Shown here: positions 51,778-64,000 of the stretch, piece by piece | How the letters are laid out: every line of letters begins with the position of its first letter | Position numbering within the stretch: the first letter of the stretch is position 1 | NCBI GenBank assembly: GCA_030141605.1 | Contig: JAQGDQ010000081.1 | Coordinates: forward strand, 372,001 to 436,000 | Source of the DNA: Tubiluchus corallicola | Taxonomy: Eukaryota > Animalia > Priapulida | Direction of reading: 5' to 3' | DNA length: 64,000 bases | The notes under the pieces: model-generated | The model's input: only the letters and a program-made list of their open reading frames with translations | Database searches by the model: none | Told to the model about the DNA's origin: nothing | Program-made: the position numbers and the translations under genes

Positions 51778-54700
51778 ACGAATAATAGTGAAAACGCGCT
51801 CGTGATAAAAGAGGAAAAGAGTTTAACGTATCCTGAAAGTAATTAATAAATCACTGATTGGCACAATTTGAATTTCAATATTACAGTAAAAGTATGTGAT
51901 ACAAATGTTTGTGTGCAATTCTGATTTGTTACGGTAAGGTGGGGTTTTTATCCTTGGTAATTGTTGGTGTGCAGTGCACTGGGCTTCAACTTCTTTTCAG
52001 TCGTTACCTCTACTTAAAAGAAACCTTATTGCCTCTCGTTGCCATGGTTATAATAACCGCTATGATTATAGTATGCGTGATAATATCGACTTATTTTATT
52101 CAGCTGCATTAGTGTTGTTTTATCTTTCTACAAATAACCTGCTTCGCATTAACACATTAAAGGTAAACACCCCAATGACATCTGAATGATGTGCTTCTCT
52201 TTCTGTTTGCTTTCTGTGCGAGATTTCCGCGTTTCTGGGCGTTCCGTTCCCTTTTTACAATCAGAATTCGGTTCATGAATTCGAAATTATACGTTAATAA
52301 GTATAATAAGATATGCAAAACAGGCTAAGATAAATTCCAAACTGCTTAAAAAAATTTTTGGTATAAAAGTACTAAAACTTTTAGTGTAATCATCTTACAC
52401 GGAGGTGCCATTGTGACTTTCGATCTCTTTTTAGCGCTTTTATAACGACGAAGACGCAATTGCAAATTTAAAATACTTCTAATTGAGAGACCGAGTTGTG
52501 GTAATTGCTGAGAAAATATACAGCAAAGTATTATTATTAAAAATACTCTCTGGAAAATTGCTTGTGTAATGAAAAAGTTTAATTCCTTAGTTCATCATAA
52601 TAGAACTAATTACGGCACTGACAAAAATATTGAACATTCGTATTTAGACTGGGAAGGTGCCATCATCTTCGAGAAGAATAATGAGAAAATCCACAATCTA
52701 CTCTTTTTGCAGTGTGGAAACATACAAACGTCTATTGAAAAATAAAAATAGAGCAATTTTAGGGTAAACAGAATCCATTTTACTCGCTCAAGGAAACACA
52801 GCAACGTGCGTCGTCTTAACGAAGCCACTATTCGCTGAGCTGCTATAGTACATTCATTTCAAATAGCTTCAGGTAATATGGGAAATCAATACCTTGCTTA
52901 TTACTACTCCGCGATAGCATATTTTTGGGAAACTCTGTGAACTATCGCATTCGTAAACGTCATTGCTGTTATACAGTTATCATCGAGTTTGAGGTAACAA
53001 ATTCTACGACCTAACAAATAGAATAATAATTTTTTATAACTTTTTCCTTTTCTATGTACTTATGTGACTATTAATCTTAATACTAAAGAAGTTAACCTGA
53101 CTTAGAAATCATGTCACCTGTTGCTAACACCTTATTCCTGATACGTTCAAAACATTGACAGAAGGTTTTCCTCAAGCTTTTAATTACACTTACTGATCTC
53201 AATTACTTTTGAATTAACGTGTCTTCCGTTTTGAGAAAGTATGATTCGCAACAGTAGTTATTAGGCGATCATCAATTATTATTTGAACAGTTTCCATCTC
53301 AAGTATATAGCCATATAATCAAGTTTGCAGTTCAACTGTAATATACTACGCTTCTTATCATTTAACACGAGTGTGTTAAACTAAGATTTAGATTTAGATT
53401 TAAAGTTTTATTTGTACAAACATCTGCATTATACACGTTTTCAAATTTTTTACACATTTCAAAATAGCAATAACAATAACACGTTGATGAAGGGTTAGTA
53501 TAAAAAACCTAAGAATGAGGAGAAGCAGAAGCTTTCAAGCCTCATACCTGTGAGGGGCTGTGGTAATCTAGTGGCATTAGTTTTCGACAAAAGTGGGTAT
53601 ATGTGTCCAGTGTTGTATCTGTTGAAGTCAAGCAGTGTTGCAGAGGACTACAACTGGCTACTGCCGCCCCTGTTAAAGCTATATCGGTTTTGGTGAATTA
53701 GAAACGCGTTTTGGAAATTCTGGTTGCCATTTTTAATAAGGTGTCATTGAAAATTGCAGTGAACTTTTAGAGTTATAAGTTTATGAGATGTCGAACGACG
53801 ACATATTCTTTAATTCACACATTGTTGGGAGAGATTTGTTTCATAACCGGAGCATATGGATTCTAGTTCTTATGTGAGTGGAAACGGCTATTGAAGCGTG
53901 AAGCTGCCTGAAGCCTGTAATCCCCATGGCTTCTTTCTGTGATGCTGGCCTCGTCTTTGCAATCTGTGTTTGATTCGATAAATATTGATAAGTAATAAAG
54001 TATTGGAGTAATAAGTGTGTTTGCCTAGTAATGCAATATCGATAGCCGACAAGCTTTAAGACCAGCGGAATATTTTGCGCATGCGTGGTACGGTTCAGTC
54101 GAGTGTCATAAGTTAGTTTTACGTGTTCATGATGATTATGTTAATGCAAATCTGTGATGGTATTTTTAAATCTGTTTTAAAATTTTAGATAATTATGAAT
54201 TGCAGTTTTTGGATTAATAGACAAATTTTATGAAGATTATCTGTCATAATGGCTTCTTTGATACCCTTCCACTGCCAGGCTACCACAAGCATGAGTATTT
54301 CTTATCTTTCTGTGATAGAAAGTCTCTTTTATTAACTTTTTGCTTATTATTCAAAAGCCTTACAAATGTAAATTATTAATAATTTACAAATGTAAATTAT
54401 GTGACGAAAAGCTAAAACTCGAGCAATTTAAACATTAATTACCGTCTCTGATCTTACCAGGCTGAATGCGTCTAAATATTTTCCCCCGCCCTGCTTTCTT
54501 TACATCATCACCTTCCCGTCATGCATTGCAAATTGCATTTCCTGCCCTGATAGCATCATGCAGGAATTCTTGCCATTTACACTTTGTTTGTTGAGATTGC
54601 CGCTCTTTCAGACGCACTTTGCGATAAGGTCTCACGATTCCTTTTCCCCATCATTGTCAGATCATCATTTTGGTCTCTCTTGTTTGCTGAGCTTGTAAAC

Positions 54701-57700
54701 ATTTGGTAGATGCGTCTCAACTCGTGGAATCATTTGTTGAGACTCGGAAAATGCCTTAGTATCTATGTCATGTCGTTTTTAATACCAGTTCATGTATATG
54801 CAAGCTGGGATGAGTGTGGCAAAATAAGAACCTTAATATTAAGTGTAATTTTATAAAAACTGAAACTAAAAATTAACTACCTTGGCCACATTTGTATGTA
54901 TACTGTATACACCTTCTCTCAATGAAGTAAATATCTGGGACAGTATGGTAAGAAGGGTTTTGCAGCGGGTCACCCATCTGTTCACTGCACTGACCAGACT
55001 TGGTATTGCTTTGCTTACACGTGTCAGCTATTCATGCGTAAATAGTGCTTGTTGTGTCTTGGCTTAGTCTTTTATTATTTTGCAATGTAAGAAATGGTAC
55101 TTCGTTATGCAAGTAAGGAAATCGAACAAAATAACTGAAGACAAAGCTTTGAAACATTGAATAAGAAATAAAAAAGGACATCAAATAAGGAAAAAGCACA
55201 AAAGAGCAAGACAGAAAAGAAGAAGAAAAAGAGAAAAACATGAAACCCAAAAAGGAAAAAAGGTAGCATGAAAAACAAGTGGAACGAAAGGTCACTGAAC
55301 GTGGAAGAAAAAATGGAAAATCATAAAAAAGTAAATTAAAGTGCGCAAGGAGCACCAACTATACTAGATAAAGTGAAATAACAAAGAAAAGAAAAAATTA
55401 AATAGAATTCAAGAAGAAAGAAGATCACACAGTGATCAAGAAAGAACGAGCAAGGATAATATCGAGAGAAAATTCACCCCATTCAGTGATTATAAATAGA
55501 TGTACAAATGATTTTCATTTGAACTTTTGTTGTGAGTGAATCCTTTCCTAGCTGTTTCCTCGTGCAAGGTCTGTATGATTAATGGCACAGTATTTCACAA
55601 TGAGAAATTAAAGTTAGGATAAATAATTAATGCGTTGCACAATGAAGCTTTTAGCGCCCTCTGAACGAGTGTTTGATTGATAAGAAGCAAAACGTGTAAA
55701 TCAGCAAATCTGTAGTAGGGTAAATGAATCTCTTTGGTAATACAGCCTGATGCAGGAAATAATGAAGTGTTGGCAACCAGTTAATAATTATATTATCACT
55801 TATGACTGCAGTAACGTTTATGAGACGTTAAATTGTGGCTAATTTGACTTATTAACAAGAGACGTTGATTAAATTATGAAATGTGGATGCCTAATATTGT
55901 TTATACAGTTTTACGTTTTGGAAGCCGGAATCCAGTAGTCATTATCAACTTTAGTGTTGAATGGTTGTGGCAGTGCCGAAATTTAGCTTATTTTAAGAAA
56001 AATTCTGTGAGAATCGCCGCTAAACCCATGAGATCTTTCAAGGAGATCTCTGGGCAATGGTTCAGTCAGGAAGGCAGGGGATCAGCAGGACAGAAAAAAC
56101 CACTCAGGGATCACCCATTCGATTATTAACCAAGTTCTAGGGCTACTTAACTTTCATAGTTTCACCCAACGTGACGCTTCAGAGACACATTATTTCCTTG
56201 GCCTCCAAGTATCGTTAAATTCTTAGTTATGACAAAAGTACGCTACATTAGTTTTTTTCTCGCCTATTTTTAGATAGTAAGGTAAAGAACTGCTTTTTTA
56301 ATCACAGTGTTCTGATGTTGTTAAATTATTTTCAGTCATGCGCAGCTAGATGCTTTTGCAACACTGCTGCTTTCTTTGTTTTCTGGCGTTCGCCATCTCT
56401 GCAGGCCGGGATTATCCCCTGAAGGATTATCCCATATCTCATGATCTTCTCACCTGCCATGGCATTAGCCTGGGCTATCTGGTAAATAACTGTTAACAGG
56501 TAAACGTGGTCAGGTTTTAGGTGTTTATGACCCGCGACCAGTCATCATTACTGGAAAATAAATGTGCTTTGACTGCAGCTTCTGTTATGAAAAGAATTTT
56601 TGTCTATACCATTGCAATTATTAAACTTTTATCATCGCGAGGTGTTGTCTTCCAGAAGACTGCTTGTGTAAAGTGCATTTATTTAATAGTGGCACAGTTA
56701 ATTTCGCTAAGATAGTCACGCATTCTGACGATGGACTGTGATTATGACGCAAAGGTCTCTGGTACAATTCTAGGCTAAGTACCCACTTTTTCACGTCTTC
56801 TTTCTTTTCAGCAAATTTGGTTTAAAAAATTTAATATTGAAATTAAGTTACAAAATAATTAATTAGTTCAATTAGTTCTACACTGCATCGTGTTGATTTA
56901 TAAGTAATGTCCAAGTCTCTTGGCAAAAATTGCAAATTGTAATGCTTTTGATTTCAGTTTTCAATTGTTTTTAGTCAGTATCAGTGCAGGTTTATAATTA
57001 TTTGGCATATTGGTCAGGTAATTTGTAATATGTTTGCCTTAATAAGCAGCTTTTACTGGTCCACAGTTTTCCAAGTATAAATGCAAAATGTTAGAAAATA
57101 AGATCATCTTTCAGGTATTGTATACATATAGATATGAGATACTAATAAAAGGTAACATGTTATTAATTAAAGCGAAAAATATGTTGATTTTTAATTACTA
57201 ACATGATTTTACTATATAATAGGATAACTGTAAAACATGTCTCTCGCGAGCTGCTAATAGCACTACTAAGTTAACTAAATACAATAGTAATGTTTTCTAA
57301 ATAGGGGGTGGCTGCTAGGTGCCCATTGTTATCTTTCGCCACCCCGTCTCAATGCAATTATATACATCTGGAATAAGACAAATAAACTAAACTAAAATTA
57401 AGCTAAAGCAGATTACTTTACTGACTTATTCCTTAGTTTGACCAAAGTTTTGCTAGTGGCCTGCGTGCATATCCATCACCAAAACAACTTTCTATATGGG
57501 TGCTGTTCGTTATGCATCGCTTTATCCAGTTGTCGGCAAAATAACACCAGCAGGGTTTCAATCAACTCCAGATAGGGTTATTCGTCCGCCAATGGTTGTC
57601 CACCAATTTACTCCTGCGAGTGCGCGTGGGAGTCAACCTACACCTATGTTAGATGAAGCCACAGTGGTAAGCGGCTCATTTGGGTAGGCTCGCCAGAGAC

Positions 57701-58510
57701 CGAAACGGTACACGTTGTGTGATTATGACAGTGATAGAGTGAGGGATCCGCTTCTGTTGCTGATGATCGCAGCTGCGGTGGGGATAGATTTCTCTCAGCT
57801 TGCAACCACTTGTTGCTGCTGATGCTAGGCTTCGTAATTCTGGTAAAACATTAACTTAAGACAACTCAGTTTTTGTTGTTGTTGTCATTGCTGTCGTTGT
57901 CGCCTGTTTTGTCCATGTTGCTATTGTTGTTGCTGTGGTTTGTTTACGTCTATTAAAAACGGAAGTGGAAAAAAGGCGTGACTAATGAAGATGTAACGTT
58001 TACAGAAAACAATCGGATTGTGAGTTAGTAGTACAAATTGCTAGCAGGTTACTGTTCGTAAACTGAATAATTTTACTTGCAGCCTTTCTAACATTTTGTT
58101 CGAGAAATTTAAAAATAAATGCAATTCTTAAAGAATAGCTTGAAAGTTGCGCAGTTGGTAAATTAGCTAAATGTACTGCGGATAAGGTATTGGACGCACA
58201 TGAGACTGCGTACAATCAAAACAGTTTTTAAAAGATTTCATTTGGGCCTTCGATGATCTCAGACGGTGTTTAACGACGTATTTGTCGGCTCTTTTGATTC
58301 TGACAAAATGCCGTTACGTCACAATGGCACTGAAGAAAAATGACGTCACACAGGTCCCTGTCAGGCGCTGCAAAGAAAGTTAACGATCATTAGATCAACA
58401 TCTCAATCGTAATCTCTTATTTGTGCCAGTGTAGAAGTACAGCGAACCACGATAAGTACAAAACAAAAGCTGCAGAGTATTGGCTAATTACAACTGGTTA
58501 TCTTTTGCAG

Positions 58511-58684
58511 GAATCAGGGCGACGTCTGCAATGAGGTGTTAGTCAAAAGCGGGAGAACAGGAAGGGAAGACCACGTGCGAGTGGAGCTGTGACTTTATCA
58601 AGTTATCTATCTCAACCAGACAATCCTGCATGAGGTAGTGCACCATAGCCTCTCTGACTCTAAGAATAGAGGACAGCAACAAAG
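58511..58684 (+). other. 5'UTR part of the first coding exon of the large + strand gene, with two minimal uORFs
   Basis: Acceptor ttatcttttgcAG| at 58509-58510. uORFs are ATG AGG TGT TAG (58531-58542) and ATG AGG TAG (58630-58638). Confidence 0.65.
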
Positions 58685-58766
58685 ATGAAGAGGATGTCTG
58701 TGATATTGCGCGTATGCTGTGTAGTCCAGCTGCTATTGATCACCTGGACAGGTGCTTTCAGATTAG
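58685..58766 (+). CDS. First coding exon (signal peptide) of an unidentified secreted or membrane protein; the gene continues beyond the window
   Basis: aaagATG in good context; MKRMSVILRVCCVVQLLLITWTGAFRL plus 1 nt, then donor TAG|GTAAGT (phase 1). It has a basic n-region, a hydrophobic core and a TGA small-residue cleavage motif. Confidence 0.75.
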
Positions 58767-59849
58767 GTAAGTTGAAAATAAAACTTCCTTATTTTGTTTT
58801 TTTCTGTACTGTTTCTTTTTCTAAGTTTGGAGGCGCCGTTTGCTGTTGGTAAGGTGGCACGTGTCCGATCGCTTGTAGCCTTGTACCGTACGGAAAAGCG
58901 GTAGTCAGCTGAAAAATACTGCTTACGGCATTTTCGCGTAGTTTATAATGGTGATTCTTTTTCCAATAATTATACTTCATTTTACTCTTAGAACTTAAGT
59001 GAACTTTGTACCTCCTTGTTTAATATAACAATTTAATGGGTCCTACCCTCGTAGTGTGTCTGCTTTAAAGGTATGAAGTTGTTTAGCATCTTCGTATTTG
59101 TAAGTAATTAGTTACAATATTAGAACGCGCTTCCAGTCTCCCACTGTTTGCACAACTGCGGGATCGAGTAAACTACTGGATAATATACAGCATTATAATT
59201 ATGATGTGTCTGCAGGTAAAGTTTTTTTTAATTAGCAACGCTCTGTGCTTTACTCAAACATTTAAGTAATTTGATTTATTTGTGCCGTATAACAATCACC
59301 GCATAAGAAGCGCATTAAGCATAAGTACAGTTTCAACAGGGACAATATCCGCTATCATTTCATAATAAAAGTAGTAAGTTCATAAGTTCATAGCTGCTAG
59401 TTAGGTTCTTACGTTAACTATTTAAACGAAAAGTGTTAGTATTATTTAAAACAATCAAATTCACTCAGAGTCCCACTTCCACTGATATCACCAATTGTAC
59501 TTGACATATCTTTCTGGCAAAGATCTTTTGTAGATGGACTAGACTAGTCTATCAGGTTGTCGTAACACATCAATCCATCCTTTTGGCTGACTCGGCCGAA
59601 CTAAGCGCTCGCTGTTAGGTGACTAGAAATTGCTCAGCAGATTGGCTTTCAAAGCGAACAAATTAAACCGTGGGAGTTGTGTTTTGATATCGTTTGTAAT
59701 GGATAAATACATTACACTTTCAGAACGGGAACATTCCAGAACAAAATTAGAATTATATATGACATGTGAGGTTATAAATCTTCTTGAAACAGCAATAAAA
59801 ACAATATGAAATGTGATCTCATCAAATTGGTTTTTTATGTGTAACTAAT

Positions 59850-59950
59850 TATGTATACTATTTTTGAATGCTATACTATATTTGTATACTATTTTATGTA
59901 TACTATTTTTGAATGCTATACTATATTTGTATGCTATTTTATGTATACAA
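59850..59950. repeat. AT-rich tandem repeat (about 52 bp, two copies)
   Basis: tatgtatactatttttgaatgctatactatatttgtat.ctatttt occurs twice. Confidence 0.9.
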
Positions 59951-62424
59951 ATTTATGACTTCTGAGTTTTGATCTCTAAATGAATTATACTTGTACTGGT
60001 TGATTTGATGCCCTAATTTGATCATACTGAAAAGGCTAGCTCACTTTTAGAGCTTTAACCTTGTGGACTTTTGCACTCGATTTGCAGTGGTTTCCGGAGA
60101 CAAGGTAGACCACCTTGTTTTAGAGGAGCGAACTGTGGTGATAATAATAGCTTTTTTCCTGTTGTGCTATGAAATCCACGATGGAGCCATGAGTTTTCTA
60201 CAGGTTGTATAGCTTCCACAGTGATAAAATCACCTCACAAATAAGCTTGCAATGAAAAACACGTAACCGCCCCGAGTGGCGTTCAACAGAATAGAATTTC
60301 TGTTTGTTTTGATCTTAGTCGACAATGTAGGGACATAGTCGTGCAAGCAAACACGGTGTAAACGCAACGCAAACGTTAGCAGGCCTGCAGAAGTGTTACA
60401 ATTTTTTCCCCTTTGCAACTCCTAATATTGACTGAAGACATGCACCGCGGGCCCCGTGAAGGCAATCAGCGCAAGCCAATCAGGTTGAAAACAAGTGAAC
60501 GGCTTATGGGAAGACAAGTGAGCAGCTTATCGAAGAATGCGAAATAAGCGAAAATAATCTCGCCCCGAGCGCCAAGGCTCTCCAGGAAAGAGAAGGAGTT
60601 GGGAGATGGAGTGTAGAATAAACGCTTGGATTGCAGTTAAGAGGAGACGGCGGATATGCTAAGAGGCTGAAGAAAAGGGAAGGTGCGGAGTTTCGAAAGA
60701 GAGAACTTTTGAAAACAAGCAAAAAGCTTTTGTGATGACTTCAGAAATTTGTTTTCTTAGCAAAGTGCATAAAGAAAAACGCATTGTAGCATCTTGAAAG
60801 GCTCTACAGAGTGTGCCTCAACTTGAATGCAAAATTTATATGTAGTGTTCCGACAAAGCTAAGTCGTTCTAACTGTGGGAAAAGGGGATAGCACTTTTGC
60901 TACTTGTTTTGTAATCTTGCATCAGCTCTTTCAGTGATAGTTAAAATTTTATTGCCCAGTAACTAATTTTGGCACTGATGATTGTATGTGAGAGCTAATT
61001 GAAACTCATTCATTGTTTCTTTTGTTATGTTTTTGAACACCTGTTGGAATTTTTATTCGTCGCGCATGTCTTTCCATTTGAGACAAAATCTTGTTTCTTG
61101 TAATTTTTTATTTGTCTTTTTAGATCGTGTCAGGTTAATGTCTTTTTAGATGATATATCTACATAATATTAACCTGATAATCAAAACAGCAATGTATACA
61201 AGGCTGGGATTGACCTGGACTATTTACCCTATAAACCATCAAGTAATGTCTGACACTAAAGATGTATTCACGATCTTATATTTCTAGTTGTATCGTTCAT
61301 TAAATGACTGAGTGAACGTGAGCCTATATGAGGCTACTTGCATTAAAAACAGCACATGATGCCTTTTTCCTACAAAAATATTGCACTGTTTCGTGGACCA
61401 TCTATAAGCATTTCTGTGTCAAGTTTTACAACGTCTTTTTTTGGCTTTGCGTTGTAAAGTAATAAAAGAATACTGTCGCACGCTGGTCATTATGACTGAA
61501 GCTGGGCTATAGTTGGTCTGTTATTTGTCCACTCTGCAGATTGCCTGTAACCGATGAAACTCAATAAAACGCGGACAAGATTCGTCTTTATTGCGATGAA
61601 ACGGCTTTAATAAAAACAGGAAATATCCGGGTGCTGAAATCCGACAAGGGAATCCGGTATTACTCCACTGAAGTAGGAACTTCCACTCCATTGGAACACC
61701 ATTCTTGTATATTCATCACATTTTTCTTGTTTTAAAAAAATTCTTTGAGTCATTAAGTGCCAGCAAATAGGTTTTAATTAATTTGGACCTATATGCTGCA
61801 ATAGTAGTTGTACTTATAGGACAGCATTATATTATACGGTAGACTAATAATTCTGCTATAAAATTTACTTTTTGGTAAAAGAGCATTATTTTGGCACGTA
61901 CATGGTGGATCTAATTATAATGTTACTATAAGCATTTTGTCAGCCACGATTAACGATTACTTTTCCTTAGTGTTTTAAATCTGAAACATGCCGTAGTGCC
62001 ATCTCTCGTCAGAAACGGAAAGCGTTGTTGAATAATGTTATTTTAAAGTTGTTTTAAAGAAACAATGTACTCTTGTCGCGTTGAAAACTCACTGGTTTTC
62101 CCGCCGTTTTCTGCTGTGGTTGTAAATTAACAACATGAATTTATAGCTGCTTTTATTTGTATTTGTGGAAGCCGAGATTTCATCATGAGCTGTTAATCTT
62201 GGCGGTTCTCTTAGCGTTTAAACATTGTGAGTTCTTGTCATCAATCTTTGTTCATGTCAGGACGCACTGTGTGGTTTTCATTCTTCTCCCGTCTGACATT
62301 AAATTTTGATGAGCCTCGCAGAATTAAAAAGGTAGCTAATTATTATATAGAACAAAAAGTCCCAAAATTTACTAAACGCAACATACGCATCTTTTTTCGG
62401 TATTTTGGTGTGTGCAAGCAAAAA

Positions 62425-62514
62425 GAGAGAGAGGAGAGGGAGAGAGAGGGGGGGAGGGAGAGAAAGGGAGAGAGTGAGTCAGACGGAGGGAGGGGAGGGA
62501 CAGAGGGGAGAGAA
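62425..62514. repeat. GA/GGGA purine-rich tract
   Basis: Directly visible. Confidence 0.9.
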
Positions 62515-62523
62515 ACAGATATA

Positions 62524-62592
62524 CTGCTGTCATAATACTTAAAGTATCAATTTCTTGACTGCTGTCATAATACTTAAAGTATCAATTTCTTG
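62524..62592. repeat. Perfect tandem duplication (35 bp, two copies)
   Basis: actgctgtcataatacttaaagtatcaatttcttg occurs twice. Confidence 0.95.
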
Positions 62593-64000
62593 TTAGATCT
62601 CATATGTATTAATGAAGCCAAGAAAATATTCAGCTACCCAGTAAAAATTATTTCGTGTTATGTTTTTTGGTACGTTACATTACGTTGTGATGCGTTACGT
62701 TATGTTGTGGCATGGCAATGGTATGGTTTTGTCCTGTCATTTCTAGTCTTGTTCTGTCGTCTGCTGTTCTGCTCTGATCTGGCCTCTTCTCATTGGCTTT
62801 GCTGTCTTCTTTTCTTTAATCCTCTCGTCTGTTAAGTAGAACCTGATTAATATAAAAAACGTTGATTTTTTTCTTGAAAGAGATTGTTGAAAGTTAAGTT
62901 GCGGAAGCACATGATTCTGAAACGGCTATTTTTATGTACAAGCTTCGCTTCTGAACTACCCTAAAACCTCTTCCCTTCACTTGCTTTTGATGAAAAATTG
63001 TCAAATTCCGGCGTCCGGAACACGCTCGTCTATCAGCGTGCAACACCCTTTTGCCAATCAACTGTGCATGTGCATATCATATATGCTCTATAGTTCATTA
63101 GCAGCAGCTAAGGAAACCACTCTCTGAAGCCAAACCAGATTACGACAGCTGCGAGAGGACAAATCAACACCTTTGGTTCGAGGCTAACCTCTGCTATTAA
63201 CCTCGCTGGCTGGCCTGATTTGGTGATAAATGAATTTGATTGAGCACGATTCTGCGCTCATTGAGCGGTAATTGTGTTAGAAGGGGGAGTGTGTTAACGT
63301 AGAAATGGTGGTAAAGGGGTTTCTATGACGTGATGACTGCTGATTCTAAACGACATTGCCAGAGGCGTTGTTCAGTTAGTGACATTCCGGTTGCATATAT
63401 TTTTGAACTAAATTAGAGAGGATTGTTAATAGATTTTTTGTTAACCAGTTTGTGAACAATTTAATCGAACTGAAGAATAAGTTTGCTATTGAGTAGAAAT
63501 GCAGCTAAACATCCAGCATCTAGAGTAGGTAGAGTAAGCATTGTAAGTTCACAATAACAAGCCCCTTGTCATTTTAAACTAGTCACGTGGTCGGTTATTC
63601 AGTTAGTGAATCACTCAATCAATTTGTCTGCCTGTCAGCTAGTCAAGCAGGTAGGTAGTTAGCCACCCGTTTAGTTAGCGAACCAGCTAGTCTGTCAATC
63701 AATTAATCAGATAGGGATGGGACAAAAAGTGAGTTATTCTTAAGTTTCCGAAAAACATTTTATTTCCAGCAAATACTGCATCCAGTTTTCAAATTCTCAG
63801 AATAGGTACTAGCCACTGTTTGCAATCCTTTTTAGCTTAAACAGCCATTTCCGAAATTAAATCAGTTGAATAAAACTGTCCTTAATTATTATTATTACGG
63901 TACTGAATTTCTAAATTGTATGCAAGACCATGTTGGTTAGATGTGCCTGGAACCTTGTTAGAAGGATGCTACTGCAAGCGTGTATCTAATGAGCGTGTCT

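Overview
AT-rich eukaryotic (animal, probably invertebrate) genomic DNA, mostly intron-like, with many microsatellites, a decayed L2/CR1-group LINE, MITEs and tRNA-type SINE relics. There is no prokaryotic gene, rRNA or CRISPR signal, and nearly all ORF-track entries are spurious. Reading splice sites by hand reveals two tandem minus-strand genes for small secreted low-complexity proteins. Both have a probable non-coding exon, a signal-peptide exon, a phase-0 intron and one exon encoding the whole mature protein. Gene A (CDS 19406-19356 + 19068-18691, 142 aa) is missed by the ORF track in its real frame; it is Gly-rich at both ends with a C-x-G-x-x-C-Y-x-(K-P)-K-P-P repeat core. Gene B (CDS 23874-23827 + 23450-22965, 177 aa) has RPMPLPNDGPQP repeats and an Arg/Tyr-rich tail. 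On the plus strand, a signal-peptide first coding exon (ATG 58685, phase-1 donor after 58766) starts a large gene that runs beyond the window. Short non-coding plus-strand exons at 3559-3626 and 28797-28845 suggest the two small genes sit antisense inside its 5'UTR intron. Functions are inferred from composition only.
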